Of a DNA stretch of 64,000 bases, positions 49,252 through 57,215 are shown piece after piece. The position numbers were made by a program, and so were the translations under genes. Each line of letters starts with the position of its first letter. The stretch's first letter is position 1. The DNA lies in contig JABDFY010000003.1 in assembly GCA_013286365.1 (NCBI GenBank), positions 15,109-79,108 of the forward strand, in the 5' to 3' direction. Origin of the DNA: Alphaproteobacteria bacterium (lineage in GTDB: Bacteria; Pseudomonadota; Alphaproteobacteria; UBA9219). Below the pieces are notes generated by a model, which was not told the DNA's origin, did no database searches, and saw nothing but the letters and a program-made list of their open reading frames with translations.

Positions 49252-50796
49252 ATGACACAGCCCGATACCTCTCTCATGAGCCGCCTCGTCTCGCTCTGCA
49301 AAAGACGTGGATTTGTCTATCCAGCCTCAGAAATTTACGGCGGTTTGAATGGCTTTTGGGATTTTGGCCCCTATGGCGTGCAACTAAAAAACAACCTGCG
49401 CGACGCCTGGTGGCATGACATGGTTGAGTGTCCGCCCTTGGGGCCTGATGGTAAACCACTTACAATCGTCGGCCTTGATAGTTCCATTATTCAGCATCCA
49501 CAAACATGGGTAGCCTCAGGTCATGTCGGTGGTTTTGCCGATCTCATGGTCGATTGTCGCGAAACTAAGCTTAGATACCGGGCCGATCACATTCTGTGTA
49601 TTGAAGTTCAGTACGATAAAAGTGCTCAGACAAAGTCACTGGGTTGGCTCAGTGTGCAAAGTGGTGATGATGCGGGCGAGCTACTTGCAAAAAAAGCTAA
49701 GAAGCTGATGCAAAAATCCGGTGGCGGTGACTTAAGGCCAATCGACATAACAAAGGCCGTTCCATTTACATCTCTATCGCTCGAACAACAGGCCCTCGTG
49801 ATTGGGCCTGATGCGGAAGTTTCTGGCACATTGACGCAGCCTCGTCCGTTTAATTTGATGTTTCATTCATATGTTGGCGTCTTTCAAGATGAGGATGCAA
49901 AAGTCTATCTGCGTCCAGAAACGGCCCAGGGAATTTTTCTGGAATATAAAAATGTCGTCGATACGACACGCGTTAAAGTCCCTTTTGGTGTGGCTCAGGT
50001 TGGCAAAGCATTTCGCAACGAAGTTACGCCACGTAATTTTATTTTTCGAACACGTGAATTTGAGCAAATGGAAATGGAGTTTTTCTGTGAACCAGAAAAA
50101 GGCTTAGAGTGGTACGAATTTTGGGTTGCTGAGCGTATGCGTTGGTGGGAGGCGCAAGGCGTCAAAAAGACAAATCTTTTTCGTAATATAATTCCCGCCG
50201 GTGAATTGGCCCATTATTCAAAAGGCACATCCGATATCGAATATCGTTATCCCTTTACGGCACCCGGTTTTGGTGAGCTGGAAGGCGTCGCTTACCGAAC
50301 GGACTATGATTTAAAACAGCACCAAGCTCACAGCAAAACCAACCTTGAATATATCGACCAGGAAAATAACAAACGTTTTATTCCGCACGTCGTCGAACCA
50401 GCAAGTGGTTTAACGCGCGGCGTATTGGTTTTACTCTGCGAGGCCTATCAGTATGACGAAAGTCGTGCATCACCCGAGTGGCTTAAGCTCAAACCCAGTT
50501 TGGCACCGATTAAGGTAGGCATTTTTCCGCTCGTGAACAAAGATGGCATGCCGGAGATAGCCGAGAAGCTATATCTTGATCTACGTAAGGACTACATTAG
50601 TCAGTACGATGCCAAGCAGAGTATTGGAAAACGCTACGCACGTATGGATGAAGCCGGTACACCTTTTTGTATAACGGTCGATGGCGATACACTCAAAGAT
50701 GAGGCTGTTACTGTGCGTAACCGCGATACGGCGCAGCAGGAGCGCGTGGCCTTGGCACAAGTCAGGCCCTATTTGAGCCAAAAACTATCCGATTAA
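49252..50796 (+). CDS. glyQS: Glycine--tRNA ligase, homodimeric (alpha2, GlyQS) type
   Basis: 514 aa. LCKRRGFVYPASEIYGGLNGFWDFGPYGVQLKNNLRDAWW, class-II motifs YLRPETAQGIF and FRNEVTPRNFIFRTREFEQMEMEFF, and a C-terminal anticodon-binding domain. Confidence 0.92.
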   Translation: MTQPDTSLMSRLVSLCKRRGFVYPASEIYGGLNGFWDFGPYGVQLKNNLRDAWWHDMVECPPLGPDGKPLTIVGLDSSIIQHPQTWVASGHVGGFADLMVDCRETKLRYRADHILCIEVQYDKSAQTKSLGWLSVQSGDDAGELLAKKAKKLMQKSGGGDLRPIDITKAVPFTSLSLEQQALVIGPDAEVSGTLTQPRPFNLMFHSYVGVFQDEDAKVYLRPETAQGIFLEYKNVVDTTRVKVPFGVAQVGKAFRNEVTPRNFIFRTREFEQMEMEFFCEPEKGLEWYEFWVAERMRWWEAQGVKKTNLFRNIIPAGELAHYSKGTSDIEYRYPFTAPGFGELEGVAYRTDYDLKQHQAHSKTNLEYIDQENNKRFIPHVVEPASGLTRGVLVLLCEAYQYDESRASPEWLKLKPSLAPIKVGIFPLVNKDGMPEIAEKLYLDLRKDYISQYDAKQSIGKRYARMDEAGTPFCITVDGDTLKDEAVTVRNRDTAQQERVALAQVRPYLSQKLSD

Positions 50797-50870
50797 ACGT
50801 GAATTGCATCTAAGTCATCACGCCGCTAATTTGCTTCACTTAGTCAAATATACTCTGGAGATTGAAAAAC

Positions 50871-53567
50871 ATGAGCGCATCCCAATGGGTCTATGAATTT
50901 GGCAACGGTAAAGCTGAAGGCAAGGCTGACATGCGCAATTTACTCGGTGGCAAAGGAGCTGGGCTTGCTGAGATGAGTAATCTTGGCCTGCCGGTTCCGC
51001 CTGGGTTCACGATCTCAACCGAGGTTTGTACATATTACTATGAAAATAGCAAAACTTACCCTGCTAATCTCAGGCAGCAAGTCGAAAGCGCCCTAACACA
51101 AATCGAGAAGACTGTCGGCGCAAAATTTGGCGATACGAAGAACCCTCTCTTGGTTTCCATACGGTCAGGGGCACGTGCCTCTATGCCGGGTATGATGGAT
51201 ACCGTCCTTAATCTTGGCTTGAATATAGAGACGGTAGAAGGTCTGAAACAACGTAGTGGTGATGCACGATTTGCTTATGACAGTTATCGCCGTTTCATTC
51301 AGATGTTCAGCAATGTTGTCCTTAATATTGAGCCGCATAAATTTGAAGACGTCTTGGATGATGTAAAACGTGCGCGTAATGTTCGCCTTGATACGCAACT
51401 GAAAGCCAGCGATTGGTTAGAAGTGATCGACGGCTACTTAGAGGTTGTCGAAAAAACTAAGAAAAAGTCGTTTCCCCAAGATGTGCACGAGCAGTTGTGG
51501 ACCGCTATAGGTGCTGTATTTAGTTCATGGATGAACCAACGTGCCATCACTTATCGCAAGCTAAACGACATCCCCCATGATTGGGGTACGGCCGTTAATG
51601 TTCAGGCCATGGTGTTTGGCAATATGGGCGATGATTGCTGCACAGGTGTAGCTTTTACACGTAATCCCTCGACCGGCGAGAATGCCTTTTACGGTGAATA
51701 TCTTGTTAATGCACAAGGCGAAGACGTCGTTGCCGGTATTCGAACGCCTCAGCAATTGACGGTACGCGGCAAGAAAGATCAAAAGTCTGATTTGCCCGCA
51801 ATGGAAGAGGTTATGCCGCAAGTATTTTCGCAGCTCAACGATGTACGACTGAAGCTTGAGAAGCATTACTGCGATATGCAGGATATTGAATTTACCGTAC
51901 AGCAAAACAAACTCTACATGTTGCAAACACGTACTGGCAAACGCACCGCGGCAGCCTCGCTGAAGATTGCCGTGGATATGGTCAATGAAGGAGCTATCTC
52001 CAAACAAGATGCAATAAAGCGTATTGATGCAGCATCGCTTGATCAGTTATTGCATCCAACATTGGATCCAAAGGCAAAAAAACAAGTCATAGCAACCGGA
52101 TTACCGGCATCGCCAGGCGCTGCCTCAGGCTATGTTGTTTTCAACGCAGATGAAGCCGAACGTATGGCTAACACAGGGCAGAAAGTTATCCTTTGCCGCG
52201 TTGAAACAAGTCCTGAAGATATCCATGGCATGAATGCAGCCCAAGGTATTATTACCAGCCGGGGCGGTATGACGAGCCATGCCGCAGTTGTCGCGCGCGG
52301 CATGGGACGGGCTTGTGTGGCGGGTGCCGGTAGTTTGCAAATCGATTATAAGCTCCAGCAAATGTCGGTCAAAGATATAACAATTAAGGCTGGCGATTTG
52401 ATTACGATTGATGGCTCCACAGGTGAAGTGATATTGGGTGAAGTACCTACCATTCAGCCCGAGCTTTCTGGTGATTTTGCCATTTTGATGGGCTGGGCAG
52501 ATGGTCTGCGGCGGATGAAAGTTCGAGCTAACGCCGAAACGCCGCAGGACGCAATCACAGCCCGCAAGTTTGGTGCCGAGGGCATTGGTCTTTGCCGGAC
52601 AGAGCATATGTTTTTCGATACGAACCGTATCATAGCTATGCGTGAAATGATTATAGCCGATGATGAGAAGGGCCGCCGCGCGGCGCTGGACAAGCTTGAG
52701 CCCATGCAAAAAAAGGATTTCGTTGAACTTTTTACCATCATGGCTGGTTTGCCGGTGACCATTCGCTTGCTCGATCCTCCGTTACATGAGTTTTTGCCAA
52801 ACGGCGAAAGTGAGATGCGTGAGGTCGCAAAAGCCGCTGGCATTGATATCGGTAAGGTCGAGAAACGGGCGCAGCAGTTACATGAAGCCAACCCGATGCT
52901 CGGACACCGCGGTTGCCGTTTAGGCATTTCTTATCCCGAAATTTATGAGATGCAGGTGCGAGCCATTTTTATGGCGGTAGCCGAAGTACAAAAAGAAGGT
53001 AAAAATATTTTACCGGAGATTATGATACCGCTTGTCTGCCTTAAGAAGGAATTAGATATCTTGAAGGTGTTGATCGATCGTGTTGCTGCAGAAGTAAGCC
53101 AGCAAACGGGCGCCAAGTTAAATTATCTTGTCGGTACGATGATTGAGTTGCCGCGCGCAGCGCTTCGGGCAGGAGAGATTGCTGAAACGGCGCAATTCTT
53201 TAGCTTTGGTACCAATGATCTTACCCAGACAACTTTTGGACTCAGTCGCGACGATGCCTCGGGCTTTTTGCCCGACTATTATAAGGCGAATATTTTAGAG
53301 CACGATCCGTTTGCGACACTTGACCAGGAGGGTGTTGGTGAGTTGATAAAAATCGCCAGCGAGCGGGGCCGACAAACGCGCAATGATCTGAAACTTGGTA
53401 TTTGCGGAGAGCATGGTGGTGATCCAAACTCCGTAAAATTTTGTGGGCGAATTGGACTGGATTATGTTTCGTGCTCGCCTTACCGCATACCCATTGCCCG
53501 CTTAGCTGCGGCGCAAGCCGTTATTGAGGGCGAAAAAGATAGAGAAACCAGGCGTAACGCGGCTTGA
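50871..53567 (+). CDS. ppdK: Pyruvate, phosphate dikinase
   Basis: WVYEFGNG...LLGGKGAGLAEM, phosphohistidine loop SRGGMTSHAAVVARGMG and PEP-utilising C-terminus CGEHGGDP. ATG 50871 follows GGAG. Confidence 0.95.
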   Translation: MSASQWVYEFGNGKAEGKADMRNLLGGKGAGLAEMSNLGLPVPPGFTISTEVCTYYYENSKTYPANLRQQVESALTQIEKTVGAKFGDTKNPLLVSIRSGARASMPGMMDTVLNLGLNIETVEGLKQRSGDARFAYDSYRRFIQMFSNVVLNIEPHKFEDVLDDVKRARNVRLDTQLKASDWLEVIDGYLEVVEKTKKKSFPQDVHEQLWTAIGAVFSSWMNQRAITYRKLNDIPHDWGTAVNVQAMVFGNMGDDCCTGVAFTRNPSTGENAFYGEYLVNAQGEDVVAGIRTPQQLTVRGKKDQKSDLPAMEEVMPQVFSQLNDVRLKLEKHYCDMQDIEFTVQQNKLYMLQTRTGKRTAAASLKIAVDMVNEGAISKQDAIKRIDAASLDQLLHPTLDPKAKKQVIATGLPASPGAASGYVVFNADEAERMANTGQKVILCRVETSPEDIHGMNAAQGIITSRGGMTSHAAVVARGMGRACVAGAGSLQIDYKLQQMSVKDITIKAGDLITIDGSTGEVILGEVPTIQPELSGDFAILMGWADGLRRMKVRANAETPQDAITARKFGAEGIGLCRTEHMFFDTNRIIAMREMIIADDEKGRRAALDKLEPMQKKDFVELFTIMAGLPVTIRLLDPPLHEFLPNGESEMREVAKAAGIDIGKVEKRAQQLHEANPMLGHRGCRLGISYPEIYEMQVRAIFMAVAEVQKEGKNILPEIMIPLVCLKKELDILKVLIDRVAAEVSQQTGAKLNYLVGTMIELPRAALRAGEIAETAQFFSFGTNDLTQTTFGLSRDDASGFLPDYYKANILEHDPFATLDQEGVGELIKIASERGRQTRNDLKLGICGEHGGDPNSVKFCGRIGLDYVSCSPYRIPIARLAAAQAVIEGEKDRETRRNAA

Positions 53568-54680
53568 TTAACCTGGCGCTGGAGCCATGGCGCTGGCAGC
53601 CGTTAGTCTTGGCCCGGTAGCGAGACCCGGTCTGGCAGCTCTGGGTTCAAGTGATGAATGCTGTTCTGGTTTCGCTGGCGTGTCTAGGGGCGGTAAACAT
53701 TTATCTGTTGTTTCTGTTGTTGCGGCATCTGGCAGATAGTGCTCACGCATCGTTTCTGCCATCGATACCATCGTGAAAGGTGCGGCATAAGCCAACAATC
53801 CGTTTGTCGTCAAATCAAACATTTGCCCGGCTGCGCTTGTGTCCGTGACGGAAAACTTTTGACGGTCCATCCATTGCCCGCCCGCATATATTGGGTTGCA
53901 TTCCATAGGACGCGGAGGGTGAAGGGCGTAGGCTTCGGCTGTACCATAAGCCAAAGATTCTTCTGGCGAAGGACCTTCACTTATGACGCCCAATAATTTC
54001 ACGAACCCAGAACCTGTCGTGATCGCTAGATTAGCGAGACGGCTGGGCATGCTTTTAAAAAACGCACTCGTATCAGCAGCGCTTTGTTGCTGCCTCATCT
54101 CAATTGTTTTATCAAAATAGCCCGTTTTAGCCAGATGCAGAAATTCCGCATAATTAGCAGGGTTACTCACATCGGCTGCAGCGGCCTTATAGAATTGTCC
54201 ATATACGTAAGCTTCAGGATGCGCTTTGATGTTATCAGACACCAATTTTCTTAAGGCGTCACCGGCAGGCCCTGGCTTATCAAGTTGATCGGCCAACGTT
54301 TGTGCAAATCTCCTGCCATACTCAAGCAGCTGTTCGGGCTGACCCGCGTCCATCGTATAAAACTCATTGAACTCTCGAGCAGCTCTTCTTACACCTGAAT
54401 TACCGTCACCATACCCTACATTGCTATTGAGGATGGCCTCGGCATCATTTCTTAGCTGAGACATTATAAACTGTTCGCGGATCTCTTTGCGTCCTTGAGC
54501 GTATTCTCTAGCTAACCCTGGCAGTGTACGGGCGGCGGTAATAGCGAAAGGGATTGCGATCGCCCAACCTACGCCACCGAAGCCAGCTGGCGTACGAACG
54601 GAGCTTCCAGGCACACTCTCTCCAACAGATACTAGAGGAATATCTGGGCTAGGTATGGCGTTCGCGGGCGACATATCCAT
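53568..54680 (-). CDS. Orphan protein A (370 aa), N-terminal hydrophobic FGGVG segment, no recognised family
   Basis: ATG 54680 is preceded by GAGGTG. The stop abuts the ppdK stop with 0 nt between them. Contains GFGGVGWAIAIPFAITAA near the N-terminus and a Pro/Ala-rich C-terminal tail. Confidence 0.6.
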   Translation of the reverse strand: MDMSPANAIPSPDIPLVSVGESVPGSSVRTPAGFGGVGWAIAIPFAITAARTLPGLAREYAQGRKEIREQFIMSQLRNDAEAILNSNVGYGDGNSGVRRAAREFNEFYTMDAGQPEQLLEYGRRFAQTLADQLDKPGPAGDALRKLVSDNIKAHPEAYVYGQFYKAAAADVSNPANYAEFLHLAKTGYFDKTIEMRQQQSAADTSAFFKSMPSRLANLAITTGSGFVKLLGVISEGPSPEESLAYGTAEAYALHPPRPMECNPIYAGGQWMDRQKFSVTDTSAAGQMFDLTTNGLLAYAAPFTMVSMAETMREHYLPDAATTETTDKCLPPLDTPAKPEQHSSLEPRAARPGLATGPRLTAASAMAPAPG

Positions 54681-54944
54681 AATGAGGCACCTCGGGGCGT
54701 AATTCGCTTAATCGAAAGCCCGTATTTCCTTGAATTTTAGTCATCAATTGGTAAAATCTGTGTTAATAGTTGCAATAAGCTAATTATTACTTTCTCAATA
54801 ACTATTTGATTTATTTGTTAATAAGTTCCATAATTATGTTAAGAAAATCGTAAGTTTTTAATAGTAGATTGGATTTTAGATTAATCAGATCTGTTTATTT
54901 TAAGTAGGCAATTTCATGTCCCTTTGTGGGGAGGGAATTCGATA
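54681..54944. promoter_or_regulatory. AT-rich divergent intergenic region between orphan A and orphan B
   Basis: 264 nt. I counted 41 G+C in the 180 nt 54721-54900 (about 23% GC). It must hold promoters for both divergent genes; no specific boxes assigned. Confidence 0.45.
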
Positions 54945-56999
54945 ATGTCAGCCGCAACAGTAGAATTAGTCGTAGAAGATGCAATTGCATTGGCAAGAAC
55001 TTTGCTCCGAAGGGAAGGCACTGTTGCATCCGAAGCCGGAGCAGACGCAGCTAAGGTTGGTGCTAAGACAGATGTAGTAGCAGGAGCAGAAGTTGTGGCC
55101 GCACCAACGACGACAGCTTCTGTCGCGGGGGCTAACTTAAGCCAATTCGAACAATCACTGGCCGCTATGCCCGCAAGAACAGCAGCTGTTCCAGATGCTG
55201 CTGCAGCTGTTCCCCAACAGGTATCTAGCGGTGGCAGATATTCTGGATTTACGCCTGATGGTACAGGTGGTGGCACTCTAAAATTACCGCAAGCTGTTCA
55301 TGAACCCGAAGGCCTTTCTCAAGGCCCACAACCAACCATGGCTCCGGAAACAGGGGGGGCAGGTGGTAGCATGGGGGGACGGGTCTATACAGCTGCAGAA
55401 ATTACGGCTGCTGAAGCTGGCCTGCGCACTGAAATGCAAGCGCTTTACGAATCGCAAGCACCTCTTCGCGCGGCTCAAGCGCGCGCTCTCCAAACAAAAA
55501 CAGAGGACCTTGTACGCGAAAATAGCTTTCATCCTGAAGGTGGAGCAGCTCGTAAGATGGAAATGGACGCATTTTTAGCTGATCAGAGAGCTACGCTAGA
55601 CAGACCTTGGGAAGCCTTGCGTTCAAGAACTCATAATGGCATAGACGATCAGCGGTTTGATGTGATGAGGTCAGAGGTAGAGACATCTGCGGAAGCAGGG
55701 GCTACTACACATACAGTACGACCAGGCGCTGACCCTGTTGCAGATACGACCGTCGGTTCGAGTACCGCTGGCCCTGGCACTGGACCAGGTGCAAGACCTG
55801 CGGTAATTAGGCCCGCCGACACAGCTCCGCCGCCCGCCCCTCGACCAGTGGAAAAACCAGTGACACCACGTTGGAGACGTAAAAGAACGCGCATCAGAGA
55901 TGCAAATGCGGCAAAATATATTGCAGAAAGTGCAAAATTGCAAAATGACGCTGGTGATCCAGCCATGGCCGGTGCGTTTCTTAGGGCCAGTCAGGCCGTT
56001 ACTGCGGGTCGGCCAAAGTTAGCAGCAGTTGGAGCGCCCGCTGATGTTAAGGCTGCAGTCGATAATCAAGTAAGTGAAGCCTACACAGCGGTAGATGCGG
56101 CAGCAAAAGCTGCTAAAAAAGGTGCTCAGAAAGTAAAAACACCTGCTGGTATAATTAAAAGAGCCGTGATCGGCTTCGGCGTCGGTTTTGTAATGCCTGA
56201 AATAACTTGGACGCTCAATGAAATCTCCTCATTTTCAAGTTTTGACTTCAAGTCCCATTTGCCAGTTGGGTTTCAAGAGGCCATCGAGTCGACAGCACAA
56301 ACACCTTCCCCAGTAAATGTTCTGAATACCGTACAGTTTGGTGATAGCTTTTCACTATTACATAATACTCCATGGAATAATTGGGGTGCCGTTTCATTTC
56401 ATCTTCCAACAGTCAGTCTTGATGGCACGGTAGAAAGAACTAAATTAGGTGCAGAGGTTGCAGCTTACACGACGTCGCATGCTTTAGCTGTGGGACGTGG
56501 CCTTACGGCATGGGTAGCTGAGAAAGGTGTGCAGTGGGCTGGCACCGTGGCCGTCATGAGGAACTTTTATAACAATGGGCCCCACAGTCAAAGTCCAGAA
56601 TATAAAAATGCACACGGTTGGTTCGGTTCAACTTGGGATTTCACAAAATATTGGGGCGTGAGCGGCCTGCCAAGCGATTGGACAGCGAGTTTTCATATAG
56701 CTCCTGAAACGCACGAGACAACTGCGCAGCCCCGTCAACCAAATCAGTTTGTGCCGTTGCCCCCAACAGCAGCACCTCCAGCAGCAACGCCTCCATCAGC
56801 AGCACCTCCAGCAGCAACGCCTCCATCAGCAGCACCTCCATCAGCAGCACCTCCAGCAGCAACGCCCCCATCAGCGGCACCTCCAGCAGTAGCACCTCCA
56901 GCTGCGCCGCCGCCTGAAAGACCTTCAGTAAGATGTAACCAGCATGGCGCTCCCGAGCATCGGATCCCATGGCCCGCAGCTGGTGCAAACTGCTTATAA
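54945..56999 (+). CDS. Orphan protein B (684 aa): Ala/Gly/Pro-rich disordered N-half, basic patch, Trp-rich C-domain, PPxAA pentapeptide repeats
   Basis: ATG 54945 lies 9 nt after GGGGAGGG (the track ORF starts at TTG 54924). Features read from the translation: RWRRKRTRIR, IGFGVGFVMPEI, a W-rich 470-600 region and (A/S)AAPP/AATPP x10. Confidence 0.65.
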   Translation: MSAATVELVVEDAIALARTLLRREGTVASEAGADAAKVGAKTDVVAGAEVVAAPTTTASVAGANLSQFEQSLAAMPARTAAVPDAAAAVPQQVSSGGRYSGFTPDGTGGGTLKLPQAVHEPEGLSQGPQPTMAPETGGAGGSMGGRVYTAAEITAAEAGLRTEMQALYESQAPLRAAQARALQTKTEDLVRENSFHPEGGAARKMEMDAFLADQRATLDRPWEALRSRTHNGIDDQRFDVMRSEVETSAEAGATTHTVRPGADPVADTTVGSSTAGPGTGPGARPAVIRPADTAPPPAPRPVEKPVTPRWRRKRTRIRDANAAKYIAESAKLQNDAGDPAMAGAFLRASQAVTAGRPKLAAVGAPADVKAAVDNQVSEAYTAVDAAAKAAKKGAQKVKTPAGIIKRAVIGFGVGFVMPEITWTLNEISSFSSFDFKSHLPVGFQEAIESTAQTPSPVNVLNTVQFGDSFSLLHNTPWNNWGAVSFHLPTVSLDGTVERTKLGAEVAAYTTSHALAVGRGLTAWVAEKGVQWAGTVAVMRNFYNNGPHSQSPEYKNAHGWFGSTWDFTKYWGVSGLPSDWTASFHIAPETHETTAQPRQPNQFVPLPPTAAPPAATPPSAAPPAATPPSAAPPSAAPPAATPPSAAPPAVAPPAAPPPERPSVRCNQHGAPEHRIPWPAAGANCL
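56767..56916 (+). repeat. Tandem repeat, 15 bp x 10 (consensus CAGCAGCACCTCCAG / CAGCAACGCCTCCAT)
   Basis: Read directly: ten consecutive 15-nt units with 0-5 substitutions each, in frame, encoding alternating AAPPA/ATPPS pentapeptides at the C-terminus of orphan B. Confidence 0.9.
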
Positions 57000-57215
57000 T
57001 GATTGGCAGTTCTCAACAGATTATAATTATATTACGTGCTGATTGGCTTTAGCCATTTAGCTCGTTGATATTTATGCAGTTTTAGTAATTTTATATGCAC
57101 CCTGAAACAAATTATGCAACTGGACTTATAGCTAATATTTATGATAAAGTTACTCTAAATAGGGAATAGTGAGTGATAAGACGAGACTGAAGACTTAAGA
57201 GTACGGAGAAGTAAA
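57000..57215 (+). promoter_or_regulatory. AT-rich spacer upstream of orphan C
   Basis: 216 nt. I counted 56 G+C in the 180 nt 57001-57180 (about 31% GC). Ends with a GGAGAAG Shine-Dalgarno before ATG 57216. Confidence 0.4.

Noticed and set aside
56641-57016. Two antisense ORFs (EVLLMEALLLEV... and GGAAGGATAGGAADGG...) opposite the 15-bp repeat
   Set aside because: They are a repeat-driven open frame on the complementary strand. The sense frame is continuous with a 684-aa ORF that has a strong RBS.
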